A stretch of DNA of 64,000 bases from a virus. The position numbers and the translations under genes were made by a program. Under the pieces are notes generated by a model that saw only the letters and a list, made by a program, of their open reading frames with translations, did not search any database and was not told the origin of the DNA. Shown one piece after another: positions 39,801 to 50,005 of this stretch. The stretch's first letter is position 1; each line of letters begins with the position of its first letter. Location of the stretch: positions 17,013-81,012 of the IMG/VR virus record IMGVR_UViG_3300022602_000067; one strand, written 5' to 3'.

Positions 39801-41908
39801 AAGGTAATCTGCTGTGTTGTAGCATTTGTGCTGATTGTTACAGTTTGTGTAGTGCTAGCACCGCCAGTGATATATGCGATTGGAATACCTGCTGTACCTG
39901 AAGCAACAGCTGGACTTGCCGCGCGATATGCTGGAGCAATATGAACTACGTTATCGTTTACTACTTGGCTGATTTCATAAACTTGTCCACGGATAATAAC
40001 TTTATCACCAGCTTGCACTTGACGTGTAAACAGTGAGCCTGTACCGATAACGATAGTTGATCCTGTACATACGTTAGTTGTACCGCGCATAACAGTAGTA
40101 CCGTTACGACGTACAGCATTTAACAAAGTACCGTCAAATTCATAGAAGAAACCGTTCATGTCGTCAAATAATCCGCAACGAACTGAACCACCTTTAGCAT
40201 CTGCTGTTTCAACAGTAGCAATACCAATACCTGGGGTTTGATCAACGATTGTACCTGAATATTGAACAGCAAATGTTTTGCTGGTTAAGTTTACAATAGG
40301 ACTAACCGAGAAAGTGTTGTTGTAGATCGATAGATCTGCTGCCACACTTGATGCGATATTACGTAGGTTAACGTAAGCGCCTGTTTTTAATCCATGGTCT
40401 TGATCAGTTGTAATATTCATTATACCAGCACTTGGGAATGAAATACCAACGATATCCATGTTTGGTTTGAATGTACTACTTGTTGAGTACTGAATACCTT
40501 TACCAGCTTGGTAACGGAAATAACGACGTGTTTGACGCAGTGATTGAGCACCTGGAACAGCATTACCACCAAAAATACCAATGCCACCGTCAGCTGAACG
40601 TTGTATCTGATAACCTTCTGGACGAGCATAAACAACTGTGGTATTTTGTAGAGTACTTGAACCAGACTGGCTAGCTGAAATACCTGAACCTGGTACTTGA
40701 TATGTAAAGCTGTATGGTGAAGGAACAGAAGCAACGTACTGTGGGCCGTTACCTGCTGTTAATACCATGTTACCTACATAGACTGGAGCACCTGTTACCA
40801 AATTGTGATTACTATAAGTTGTTACAGTAACAATGTGACCTGTTGAGTCTGTTGAAATACCGCTGATTGGAATAATAGATCCTAGTCCATAACCTGCCGC
40901 ATAATAACCGCCTACAAATAAACTTGTAGAAGATTTCTGTAATTGGTTTTGACTAAATTGTTGGTTAACTTTAGGGAAGTAGCTGAAAGCACCTTGTGCT
41001 TGGTTGATATAAGCTACAACGAAAGTACCATCACAGTAGGGTTCGTTTTGTGTATCTTGTGCTAGCACTGGCTGACCAGCTGTTAAGTTAACACCGCTTG
41101 ATGTTAAGTTACTAGATACTTGGAATGCCGCATAAGTTGGGTTTGCTGTTGTTCCGTTTACATTACCAAAGATGATCTGTTGAACAGTTTGGTTACCACT
41201 TAGACCGCCTGGCACACCGGTGACCGTAACGCTGGTTGTACTTGCGGCTGTAATAGCATAACGGAAACTTGAAAAGTTTGTTGTTGCATTACCTGCATCA
41301 ACGACATACACATATGAACCAATGAATGGAACTGATGGCAATGTCATACCGGTAATTGTACCTGAACCGCCTGAACAGTTAATAACTGCGGCAGCACCTG
41401 TAAGACTGAAACCTGCACCACCTAAGTAAGCTGCCAATACCGAGTTGCTGGTACTTGTATATACCGAAGCGTTCCAGTTTTGTGATTGGAAGAATTCCCA
41501 CTTGGTTGGTTGGAATGAATATTCAAAGTCTGTATCAATCAAACTCTGAGGAGTTGTTGTACGTAGTTTGTTAGTTGGATCTAACTGAGTTTCTGCAGGA
41601 GTAAAACGCTCCTCATACTCGTCAATCATGATTTGTAGTTTGTCAGTTGCGCTGAATACGGCTGTATTGGTATTATACGCTAGAGTGATAGTTGTTGTAC
41701 CACCTGCTGATCCCCAGTATGTTTGTCCAGCTGTTGCTACATAACTGGTTGCAGTTAGTGTGCTATCTGAAAAGTTGTAAAGAACAATGTTCTTTGTGAC
41801 ATCAGTAATCAGAATCAATCTTTCTCTAGGTATATATCGTGGAATTACGATAGTGGCAGTAGAAGGAGTGAATGTGTATGCTGTGTCGACTAGTATTTTT
41901 CTTGCCAT
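36884..41908 (-). CDS. large virion structural protein (1674 aa)
   Basis: PQSLIDTDFEY, RQTRRYFRYQAGKG, IDYSWYGAG core with many inserted beta modules. Confidence 0.8.
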   Translation of the reverse strand: MARKILVDTAYTFTPSTATIVIPRYIPRERLILITDVTKNIVLYNFSDSTLTATSYVATAGQTYWGSAGGTTTITLAYNTNTAVFSATDKLQIMIDEYEERFTPAETQLDPTNKLRTTTPQSLIDTDFEYSFQPTKWEFFQSQNWNASVYTSTSNSVLAAYLGGAGFSLTGAAAVINCSGGSGTITGMTLPSVPFIGSYVYVVDAGNATTNFSSFRYAITAASTTSVTVTGVPGGLSGNQTVQQIIFGNVNGTTANPTYAAFQVSSNLTSSGVNLTAGQPVLAQDTQNEPYCDGTFVVAYINQAQGAFSYFPKVNQQFSQNQLQKSSTSLFVGGYYAAGYGLGSIIPISGISTDSTGHIVTVTTYSNHNLVTGAPVYVGNMVLTAGNGPQYVASVPSPYSFTYQVPGSGISASQSGSSTLQNTTVVYARPEGYQIQRSADGGIGIFGGNAVPGAQSLRQTRRYFRYQAGKGIQYSTSSTFKPNMDIVGISFPSAGIMNITTDQDHGLKTGAYVNLRNIASSVAADLSIYNNTFSVSPIVNLTSKTFAVQYSGTIVDQTPGIGIATVETADAKGGSVRCGLFDDMNGFFYEFDGTLLNAVRRNGTTVMRGTTNVCTGSTIVIGTGSLFTRQVQAGDKVIIRGQVYEISQVVNDNVVHIAPAYRAASPAVASGTAGIPIAYITGGASTTQTVTISTNATTQQITFTALAGTGTAGTGGIGVAGAYQIAGTISRTWSTTLSASALANATSVTVTSTNSGAIVPGMLVICTAAGSTPSGTFVSSTYIPGSSATVIPLTQGMLSGVASGSTIDFFYSPASGMNVIAGTMAQGIVPNGTQVSSFTNTANSSGATITIQLYINQGLTATTTTTTLLIGTVPGYTAASLYTTTTNVIALNTTYGISPGMTITGTGVPGNAVVAGLAAAGTGVILNTGITTSVSNSTTLTFAPNLSLYAITIQTSSSSSASSTFLTMNNVNGIQIGSFVTTTANTNIPINTFVIGINTSTNVVQLYTPFTTTQGLTGSGISSGVNIVFGSRIFVTGATSTNANGMWPVTAITSTTLTYQTAATVSASTVISVYGTTKMFGEDVAVKKYHVRELRVPQYQFNLDSFDGTGPSGFNMDLTKIQMIYIDYSWYGAGFIRWGARTINGDIQYAHKVQHGNREYLAFQRSGNLPGRFEVVNTGARSPLTTQINATGYVMSASPTFGTINVYDASRFFIPSTQALNQSTHGEVNIDGEIFYYTGVAATTTQSTTGNPDAVTQNIAYPYGAQSTAAPWATGVNGLTAVATVGTVSVANGSVQSIAITSGGLGYTSSPPVTIAGGGGAGCIAKAIVVNGSVTSVVVTNGGYGYTSAPTVIIGANQLTGAFRESTAVSYINTGNAVSGTTLIGTNQITNVTAGYTSNIAIGMVIQGVTNFGYLNVRIIGFSGTTIYVDTLATSSGSMVINIVNRGISTASVHYNYNNSGNPLSNVWNTTIMLAPNVQHWGVSCIMDGRYDSDKSYVFTTPRSTAAVVQPNQTSPLISIRVSPSASNGFARNFGVRDIIMRMQANLYQMDVFNAGPFLVTVKYNCASTVFTPALWTANVVGSGSLSQVIYHNPSDIVTGGDIVVAFYANASGGTFFTDTSADLTVVKDLGNSVYGGDGVFPDGPDVITVFATNLSTQYANQIFSRISWTEAQA

Positions 41909-41934
41909 TTTGTTATTTCTCCAATTTTTTGGGC

Positions 41935-44484
41935 TTAGGTTCCTGTTGCTATATCTAATGCATTAAACGGATAAGTTGTGTATACTGGGTTAGTAACATT
42001 ACCTATCATTACGGTTGCATTAATTACATCTCCGTATTGCGGTGGGCTCATAAAAACAATACTACCTGCGGTTACTGTGTAATCGCCATAGCGTGTATAT
42101 GTATTCCACACTGGTCCACTCTTATTTAGCCAAGGTTGTTGATATACACCATTTTTATACATCAAAACTTGGATTGGGTAATTTACGGTCACCGCATTTC
42201 CGTTGTTAGTTGGTGTAAACAGTGTATTACCACCGTTAATAGTGTTTGTACTGACTAAATTTGACCCTGCCAACGAAATATTATACGTTGATGGTCTGGT
42301 CCAACTGTCTAACTGTGTGATGTTTGGTAGGACTGCACTTAGGCTAGTCCATGTAGGCGCTGTAGCAGATCCGGTGCTGGCTAGCACTTGACCAGCTGTA
42401 CCTGCTGTAGGTGCGCCAGTAATCGATCCTGCAACCGCTTGGTTTCCGTATTGTCCAACTAGAGCAAAAGAAACTGTGCTATTAGTTGCTACAGTAACTT
42501 GCCATGTGCCGTTATAAATTCCAGTTACTGCACCAAGAGCTTGTGTTCCTGCTATAGTGATATAAGTTCCTACTGCATAAGGTACAGTTGTCTGTACCAC
42601 AGTGAATGTTGCTGGGCTTCCTGAACTTCCTACAGTTGCCGCTATATTCAACAAATATGTTCCTATACCACCATTGGTACCGCCTTGCTGGCTAATAATT
42701 ATAGTACCAGCTGTAAGTCCAGCGGTATTTGAACTGATCTGATATCCCAGTGTGATTGGAATATTTGGAGCTGTTGTGACTGTCAATGTAACTTGTGTAC
42801 CTGTCATAGATACAGGGCTAACTGATGAACCAACAGTAGCTGATGCACTTAGGGTATATGTACCTTGTCCGCCTAAACCACTACCATATGAGCTAATGTA
42901 TGTGCCGCTTGGTATTCCTGCTGTACCTGAAGTAATTACATAGCCAATACTTAAATTAGTTGTTGGATTTGAAGTTACTGTAAGGGTGCTACCAACTATG
43001 TAACCGTTAAATGTAGATGTAATTGAACTAGATACATATCCATTAAATGATGCGCTGTTAAATGTAACTGTGGCTACATAGCCAGTTGTTGTAATTGATT
43101 GAGTAGCATAAGTTGTTGTGCTGACCGACAATGGGCCATTAAGTGTAACTGCTCCTGCCGCCGCCGTAGTTACTTGAACTGCGTTAGTTGTTAATAATCC
43201 TTTACTGGTCAAACTAGCAACTAGTTGAGGACTATTAAATGTACCAGTGCTATCAGTCATTTTCCAACTGAACTGACCGTTGCTTGGACTTGAACCGCTT
43301 GGTGCGCTGGTTACAACAAATGCTTGGCTACCAACTAGTGCTGATTGACTGTTTTGATACGAAAAGAAATCGATATTACCAACAGTGTCGCCTAGTTGTG
43401 CGTTTAGTGGTACAGTAGGAGTACCACGAGCACTCTTAAATGCTATGCTACTGTTAGCCGCTGTACCTGCTCCTAAATTCCACGATTGAAATTCTGCTGA
43501 ATAACCGCTGGCATCAGTACTAACTGTGAATAAATTATTAGCAACAACACTACCTGTTGGCACTGTTAGACTTACTGAACCTGCGCTACTGCCTCCGCCT
43601 TGCACAGGAGGATTTGCAACTACAGTAGATGCTGTTCCTGTTGCACCTACTAGTAATCCTACTAGTGTACCAACGCTAGTTAAACTTGAGCTAACTACTG
43701 CTGAATTAATTGTTGTACCAGTTAGTGTATTAGCTGCCGCAGTAATTGTGCTAGTACCACCTAATGTAAGTGTTGAGCCATTGACTGTTATTGTACTATT
43801 AGCCAACATTGAATTAGTAACACCGCCGCCTGCTAATACTGATTGTAGATTACTTAAGGTAGCATACTTGTTTGCGCCTGTTCCTTGAGCAATGTTATCT
43901 GTTGTAAGAACAATGTTTCCTGTCTGGCCGTTAACTTGGTTTACTGCTTGTGTAAATGTAAATACGCCGTGAGTTGGATCGTAAGTTAAAGCGCCGCTAG
44001 GACTTGAAACAACACTAAGACTGTTAAGAACTGTATTGCTGGTCAAATAACCAACGTCGTTAGTGAATGCACTTAGGACTGTTGGAGCTGTATAACTGAA
44101 TACCCCAGTTGTGCTATTATAAGAAATACTACCTGTAGCACTTACTGAACTTCTTGCACGGGCTGTAGTAAAATATAAATTACTACCTTCAGTAATTGTA
44201 CTTGTTGTTACACCAACAAAACTTACTGCGCTTACTGCTGTCTGTACGAAAGCAGTAGTAGCTATCTGTGTTGTATTAGTACCACTAGTTGCTGTAGGAG
44301 CTGTAGGAGTACCGGTGAACGCAGGACTAGTTAGCGGTGCCTGTGGCCATCCGCCAACAGTTGTACCATCATGTACAATCAGCGAATTTGTTGTTGTGTT
44401 TACAATTACTTCGCCAGCCGCTCCTGTGAAAGTACTATTGTCTGTTGTAGAACCTCTACGCAGTTGAAGTGTGGTTTTTGACAT
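41935..44484 (-). CDS. tail fibre-like protein with Mtd-type N-terminal domain
   Basis: LQLRRGSTT..FTGAAGEV...HDGTTVGG; SPAFTGTPTAPT..TQIATTAFV; EGSNLYFTTARAR. Confidence 0.8.
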   Translation of the reverse strand: MSKTTLQLRRGSTTDNSTFTGAAGEVIVNTTTNSLIVHDGTTVGGWPQAPLTSPAFTGTPTAPTATSGTNTTQIATTAFVQTAVSAVSFVGVTTSTITEGSNLYFTTARARSSVSATGSISYNSTTGVFSYTAPTVLSAFTNDVGYLTSNTVLNSLSVVSSPSGALTYDPTHGVFTFTQAVNQVNGQTGNIVLTTDNIAQGTGANKYATLSNLQSVLAGGGVTNSMLANSTITVNGSTLTLGGTSTITAAANTLTGTTINSAVVSSSLTSVGTLVGLLVGATGTASTVVANPPVQGGGSSAGSVSLTVPTGSVVANNLFTVSTDASGYSAEFQSWNLGAGTAANSSIAFKSARGTPTVPLNAQLGDTVGNIDFFSYQNSQSALVGSQAFVVTSAPSGSSPSNGQFSWKMTDSTGTFNSPQLVASLTSKGLLTTNAVQVTTAAAGAVTLNGPLSVSTTTYATQSITTTGYVATVTFNSASFNGYVSSSITSTFNGYIVGSTLTVTSNPTTNLSIGYVITSGTAGIPSGTYISSYGSGLGGQGTYTLSASATVGSSVSPVSMTGTQVTLTVTTAPNIPITLGYQISSNTAGLTAGTIIISQQGGTNGGIGTYLLNIAATVGSSGSPATFTVVQTTVPYAVGTYITIAGTQALGAVTGIYNGTWQVTVATNSTVSFALVGQYGNQAVAGSITGAPTAGTAGQVLASTGSATAPTWTSLSAVLPNITQLDSWTRPSTYNISLAGSNLVSTNTINGGNTLFTPTNNGNAVTVNYPIQVLMYKNGVYQQPWLNKSGPVWNTYTRYGDYTVTAGSIVFMSPPQYGDVINATVMIGNVTNPVYTTYPFNALDIATGT

Positions 44485-44502
44485 TGTCTTTTCCTATTAT
44501 TA

Positions 44503-47028
44503 TTAATCGCCGACTAAGCTGTGCATTGTATATCTTGGTAGTGTATAGTTATTGCTGGTACTAGTAATCTGTCTGAATCTCCACAACCAATTCAGTTGTC
44601 CTTGCACACTATTTGTACTTCCAATACTACTTGCACTACCTGGAGTTGTTCCGTCACCTCCGCAGAATAACACTTGTCCATCGTCCGTCATAAACGCCGA
44701 TATGTCATTACCGCCCTGTAGTCCAAATCCCATGATAGCATTAATACGTGTATTACTTGGTGTACGTAACGGCCAATAATGATATTGTCCGCCTGTTTCA
44801 GGATCTTGTGTAGGATCATTAACAGCTACAGCTATCGATTTACCTGCATAACCTAAGCTCAAACTACCATAGTTATTATAACCTTGTCCCCAGACACGAC
44901 CATTTTCGTCCAGCATAACTATAGTGAAATAGCCCTGATTTCCTGAACCTATGTAGCCTGCTTCATTGTTTGTGATGGCTACAACGTTTCTTGGGCCGCG
45001 AATTAATGTCCACGGGCCAGTTACACCAGTTCCGCCTGTCGTGTAAGCATTAGTCTGACTGCTGATAGTATTATAGGTATTATCTCCCATACCGTATGTT
45101 AATCCTGTATCTTTTTCACGAATAAACACATTATTAGAATATGTATCACCACCGATTATCCAGAAGTTATCAACCTGTTTAATATTATAATTGGTAGTCA
45201 TATATTTGGTGAATCTATTAACTACCTGTCCTTGAGTGCTTGTCTGGCTACCAGCTGGAGTATAGAATGGTTCTGTTGGGCTTTGTCCGATAGGAAATAC
45301 ACCTGCTCCAAATAAGCTACCATCATTAGTTAAGATCATTACAAATCTCTGTAACGGTGTATTAGGCGTAGTTTGACTATGAGCAAAACTCATTTTCTTG
45401 ATACCACCGTATTTTCTAAAGTCAAATGGTACACGAGTAGGTAGCAAACGTTGGTTACCATATGTTAAACCATACTGACCGCCCATACCAAGTTCGCCTG
45501 AATAATCAGTGCCCCATCCCCATAACTCGCCGTCTTCGTCTAGTGCCAGGCATGATCCATAGTCACCACCAAAGCATATAAAATCGACTATTTTCTTATT
45601 GTCAAAATAAGATGCTGGAATACGTATCGGTGAAGTCTGGCTTACACCCGACGTACCGGTACTGTTAGGATTCGTTGTTGCGTTAGTACTACCTAGACCT
45701 AATTGACTGTAAATGTTGTTGCCCCAAGCCCACATACTGCCATCATTACCAATAGCAAACCACGAAGGATCAATAGAACCACTACCCGGATACTGCATAC
45801 CAACTGTGGTAGCATCTACCTTTATAATTTTAGTTTGGTTAAAACTACGTGGCCATGTTTCGCCTATCCAGCCAGTAGTACCTAAGTTTGTTACACGAGT
45901 TGTACAGTTATATTGGCTAGTGCTTCCGTTTCCTGCCATTCCGTTACTGTTGTTATATCCCGAATAATAAACTTCTCCGTTGTTAAACACCCAGCAACTC
46001 GAATTGTATGTGCGTACCCACTGGATGCATCTTGGACTTAGTCCGTCTGGAGTAGGTAACCAGGCATTGGCTAATACACCTAAACCAAGACCTGTTTGGT
46101 TATCAGTTGAACGTAACCAATCTACAAATGTAAAACTACTAGCTTGCCAACTTGCTACCCAATCTCTAACGCCACGCCCAGCAGTATTAAGGCTAGTCGC
46201 AGGTCCTGGGGAATAATTAAATCCACAACTGTAAGGAACACCATCTGCTCCGATGTATTGTACACTATTACCGTCTGATATTGTTGGATTTGGATAATCA
46301 CCATTATTACGTGTCCAACCTAGAGGTTGGTGATTTGGAAATACCGCACCGTACAAACGACGTGAATCTCTGTTAGGGTTTGTAAATATGCGAACCCAAT
46401 ATGTAGGATCTTCGGGATGTGTGTTACGCACAGGAGCAAAGTTAATATTAACTGTTGGAGCTGTCTGATAACCTATTCCTGGGTTTGTTATAACAATGTT
46501 AACCACTGAGCCGTTGGCCACTGTAGCATAACCAGACGCACCAAAACTACCACGCATGCTATCAAATCCAAATGTTATTAGTGGAGCTTGGCTATAACCA
46601 ATACCACCATTAGTAACTGTAACTGATACAATACTACCTTGACCGTTTATTGTAGCAGTAGCAGTTGCTCCAGAACCCGGAGTACCGGTATACATAAACA
46701 AATCGCCGCCGTAACGCACAACATCGCCATATGTATATACTTTGTGAGGACCCCAACCGCGCTTGAATTGATTACCACGAACAATTAGACGCCAGTATTG
46801 AGTTTCCAGATCAGGACGCTTGTCTGCAAAATAAATTTCAGGTGTACCTGTAAAATAACTTTGTGTATCTACCTGTTTGTCCATGGCGATTTTCCACTCG
46901 TCTGGAATGTTTTGTAAACAGACATAAGCGGCGTTATTGTATTGAACAATATCATTCTTAAGATACAATGTGCTTGATTGCCACTGACCTCTATAGTTAA
47001 ACTTAAATTCTGAGACTGTTATTGCCAT
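44503..47028 (-). CDS. RCC1/BLIP-II-like propeller virion protein with N-terminal CBM5/12-like repeats
   Basis: WAWGNNIYSQLGLG, LWGWG, VWGQGYNNYGSL; RGxW..YxxxDxV repeats. Confidence 0.8.
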   Translation of the reverse strand: MAITVSEFKFNYRGQWQSSTLYLKNDIVQYNNAAYVCLQNIPDEWKIAMDKQVDTQSYFTGTPEIYFADKRPDLETQYWRLIVRGNQFKRGWGPHKVYTYGDVVRYGGDLFMYTGTPGSGATATATINGQGSIVSVTVTNGGIGYSQAPLITFGFDSMRGSFGASGYATVANGSVVNIVITNPGIGYQTAPTVNINFAPVRNTHPEDPTYWVRIFTNPNRDSRRLYGAVFPNHQPLGWTRNNGDYPNPTISDGNSVQYIGADGVPYSCGFNYSPGPATSLNTAGRGVRDWVASWQASSFTFVDWLRSTDNQTGLGLGVLANAWLPTPDGLSPRCIQWVRTYNSSCWVFNNGEVYYSGYNNSNGMAGNGSTSQYNCTTRVTNLGTTGWIGETWPRSFNQTKIIKVDATTVGMQYPGSGSIDPSWFAIGNDGSMWAWGNNIYSQLGLGSTNATTNPNSTGTSGVSQTSPIRIPASYFDNKKIVDFICFGGDYGSCLALDEDGELWGWGTDYSGELGMGGQYGLTYGNQRLLPTRVPFDFRKYGGIKKMSFAHSQTTPNTPLQRFVMILTNDGSLFGAGVFPIGQSPTEPFYTPAGSQTSTQGQVVNRFTKYMTTNYNIKQVDNFWIIGGDTYSNNVFIREKDTGLTYGMGDNTYNTISSQTNAYTTGGTGVTGPWTLIRGPRNVVAITNNEAGYIGSGNQGYFTIVMLDENGRVWGQGYNNYGSLSLGYAGKSIAVAVNDPTQDPETGGQYHYWPLRTPSNTRINAIMGFGLQGGNDISAFMTDDGQVLFCGGDGTTPGSASSIGSTNSVQGQLNWLWRFRQITSTSNNYTLPRYTMHSLVGD

Positions 47029-47042
47029 GGTTTTCTATCCTG

Positions 47043-47441
47043 TTAAAATCCTAGATTACTTAGGTAATCATCATGTTCTTTTTTAAGAGCTGTTAGTATA
47101 TCTATAGTATATTTATCGCCAACTGCTAAGTTAGTTAATACGGTAAACAAATCCATAGGTAGCTTTTCTTTTATATCCTGTGTTTCTTGTTTGATGACCC
47201 ATAGTTGATTTTTAATTAAATTCAAATATTGGGCATCTTCTACATTATCTCGATCATATACACGAACTTGAAAACGTTCATCGTTATCAGCTAAGGCTAC
47301 AACAGTAGGGTCAAAACTGTAAAAGGCTTTATTATCAGCTTCCCCTAAAAATTTATAGCTAACATCAAGGATATATCCTTCCAGATGTTCTGGTTCGATA
47401 TATCCTTCCAATGCTCCTGTAATATGACTTAGTATTTTCAT
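47043..47441 (-). CDS. hypothetical protein, possible fibre chaperone
   Basis: Start MKILSH at 47441 immediately after upstream stop. Confidence 0.65.
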   Translation of the reverse strand: MKILSHITGALEGYIEPEHLEGYILDVSYKFLGEADNKAFYSFDPTVVALADNDERFQVRVYDRDNVEDAQYLNLIKNQLWVIKQETQDIKEKLPMDLFTVLTNLAVGDKYTIDILTALKKEHDDYLSNLGF

Positions 47442-47442
47442 A

Positions 47443-49995
47443 TTATCTTGCGTATTGAATACAAACCGGTGTAAACACTCCACGACCTGTACCAGCCGCA
47501 GTACCATTCGCAGTTGGGCTGTAACCGATAAAACTACCATCTAGTCCTGGACTTTGATTACCACTACCGTATGTACAACCCCATGCATACACTTGTCCAA
47601 TATCGGTTAAGGCAAACATGCCGTGTTGAATGTTAATTGTAGAGCCGTCTGATGTGCCGCCACCTGCTGGTATAATTTGTATCGGTTTAGTACCTGGAAA
47701 GGAGTAAGTAACTACCGGACTATAAGTACTACCAGTTTCATCCACCGGATTGGTACCACCCGAACCACTGGCAATTCCTGGATTACCTAGTTCTCCGTAA
47801 ATGTTATAACCTTGACTAAACACTTTACCGCTGGCTGTTAACCAGGTAATAGTTCTGTTGGTGCCGGCGACATCGACATGCATGTAGATGTCTATAATAT
47901 TAACAAGTCCAACACTACTACCAATTGAGCTAGATAAAGGATTTACACCATTGGTCACAAGAATAGAAGTTGCAGGTTGTTGACTGACTGTGCCATAGCC
48001 GTAGACATTATTTCCGGTAGTACCGCCGCTTGGGTTTGAACCTGCTCCGCAAACATAGGTAGCGCCTGTTACTGTTTTAATAAAATTCAAATAATACCCA
48101 GTGCTTTCACCTGACCATACTAACCAGAAGTTATTGATAGATCCTGCTACACCGACACCTGCTGAAGATTTAGTTAGGGTAGTTCTAGAAGCAACAGTTG
48201 CACTATTGCCGGCTGCACCATAGTTATCATAACCAGTTTGCCATAAAGAGCCGTTACCATCTAAAATCATAAATGTTGCATAAGAACCAGCACCTGCGGC
48301 CTGCCATTTCTGAATACCGTTATTGGCACTTGGAGTCCAAGAAGCTGTGCTCATCTGAACTGGACGATAACGTGTTGTTGTATCGCCTGTACCTAATTGG
48401 CTTACACCATTGTATCCCCATGCATAGATGTTACCTTGAGCTGTACGAGCATAACTACAACCACTACCAGTGGTTCCCATGGCAAGAATATCTACTACAC
48501 GTTCGTTGTTAAAGAAAATGCGTGGTAAACGTTGTGCAGTTGCTAGATATGTAGCTGAGTTATTGGCTGTATTGGTGTTACTGCCTACACCGCATTGTCC
48601 AACATCGTTCTGACCCCATGCCCATACATAACCATATTCATCTAGTGCTAAAACATGATGGTTATCTGTACCTCTTATACCATATGGTGCTGAAATTTTT
48701 ACAATACGAGTATCATTTAATCCTTGTACACGACGTGGCAGTCCTGAACTTATAGTATCACCCGTTCCTAAATATCCGTTAGAATTAGCACCGTTGCCCC
48801 ATACTTCCCCATTGTTAAACAAGTAGTGAGCCCAGTTTATTCCCGCTTCAATTTGTATACATTTTGGCGGCATACCGTCTGGAGTAACTAAACGTCCTGG
48901 TCCGCCGTTATCTCTACTTTGCCACCAATCTATATGATTAAATGTGACTTCCTGCGGATGTGTAAAGGCTGCTCCAGTGGATCCGCCTGTACCGCCGTTA
49001 CCTGATTGACTGTTTGATACACCATGATTATAATTATAACCACAACCATGATTGTAAACACGGCCGCTACGACTGATCCATTTCATTGCTTGATAGTGTT
49101 CGCCTTGCCCTTGATTGCCGTTAGGATAAGGCCAACCGATCGGTCCTTTATTCATCAACCAGCCAATTGAGTTGTGTTCACTTCTGCGATCGCCGTTTAC
49201 CAACAACATCCAAGGTGCGGTTACTGTATTTGTTCCAGTACCAGTTCCTATGTTGGGTGAGCCCGGAAATATATTAATATTATCTGCTAGTGCTAGATAT
49301 GTTGCACCTTGATATTCTACGATATTGTTATAGTAGTACTGTGTACCGGAACTCCATGTACCAATAAATTGATAACCAGTAGTTAATTGATCCCAATATT
49401 GATAACCCCTCCATGCTGGAGAAACAGTCAATACTGGTTTAGGACTTAAACTAGCTCCACCAAATCCAGTATCATTTGCGGAATAATAGTATAGCGATCC
49501 TACAAATCCACTGGATAACACTACATCTAACGAACCATCGATACCAGGTGTTCCTGAATATTGATAAGTGTAACCTGCGTTATTTGAACTTAATTCAACA
49601 CCGCCTGATCCATAAATACCGTCTGGAGTTGTTGATAGTGCAAATCTATGACTCACATTACTTGAATCTTTCTGGAAGAATTTGTAGTGAACGTTAGCAT
49701 ATAAAGTCAAATTAGGTGTTTGGCGTCCATCAATGAAGAAATAGTTGTTACTGCTTACGGTACTAACAGTGATGTTATAGGTGTTGATTTCCTGTGTGTC
49801 GACTGTTTTTGGTAGATAATTTGTACGATCGCGTTTACCTGGGCTGAATTCTGTGCTTGAGCCAGTTCCATGCGCCTGCGTACAGATCCAGATAGCGCCG
49901 TTATAAGCCACAATATCGTTTGGCAAATAGCTACTGCTGGTATTCCATGTACCTCTCCAAAGTTGTTTAATTTTTCCTAAATCTAATGTTGACAT
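47443..49995 (-). CDS. RCC1/BLIP-II-like propeller virion protein
   Basis: VWAWGQNDVGQCG, IYAWGYNGVSQLGTGD; LDLGKIKQLWRGTW N-terminus. Confidence 0.8.
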   Translation of the reverse strand: MSTLDLGKIKQLWRGTWNTSSSYLPNDIVAYNGAIWICTQAHGTGSSTEFSPGKRDRTNYLPKTVDTQEINTYNITVSTVSSNNYFFIDGRQTPNLTLYANVHYKFFQKDSSNVSHRFALSTTPDGIYGSGGVELSSNNAGYTYQYSGTPGIDGSLDVVLSSGFVGSLYYYSANDTGFGGASLSPKPVLTVSPAWRGYQYWDQLTTGYQFIGTWSSGTQYYYNNIVEYQGATYLALADNINIFPGSPNIGTGTGTNTVTAPWMLLVNGDRRSEHNSIGWLMNKGPIGWPYPNGNQGQGEHYQAMKWISRSGRVYNHGCGYNYNHGVSNSQSGNGGTGGSTGAAFTHPQEVTFNHIDWWQSRDNGGPGRLVTPDGMPPKCIQIEAGINWAHYLFNNGEVWGNGANSNGYLGTGDTISSGLPRRVQGLNDTRIVKISAPYGIRGTDNHHVLALDEYGYVWAWGQNDVGQCGVGSNTNTANNSATYLATAQRLPRIFFNNERVVDILAMGTTGSGCSYARTAQGNIYAWGYNGVSQLGTGDTTTRYRPVQMSTASWTPSANNGIQKWQAAGAGSYATFMILDGNGSLWQTGYDNYGAAGNSATVASRTTLTKSSAGVGVAGSINNFWLVWSGESTGYYLNFIKTVTGATYVCGAGSNPSGGTTGNNVYGYGTVSQQPATSILVTNGVNPLSSSIGSSVGLVNIIDIYMHVDVAGTNRTITWLTASGKVFSQGYNIYGELGNPGIASGSGGTNPVDETGSTYSPVVTYSFPGTKPIQIIPAGGGTSDGSTINIQHGMFALTDIGQVYAWGCTYGSGNQSPGLDGSFIGYSPTANGTAAGTGRGVFTPVCIQYAR

Positions 49996-50005
49996 ATTTT
50001 TATCC

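Noticed and set aside
41935-44484. Diversity-generating retroelement suggested by the Mtd-type N-terminus
   Set aside because: No reverse transcriptase and no TR/VR pair differing at adenines seen in the window; this domain is only an attachment module
57-47540. Longest-ORF starts at 57, 8156, 12673, 30048 and 47540
   Set aside because: Downstream ATGs (96, 8120, 12622, 29997, 47441) fit SD/promoter positions and avoid overlaps
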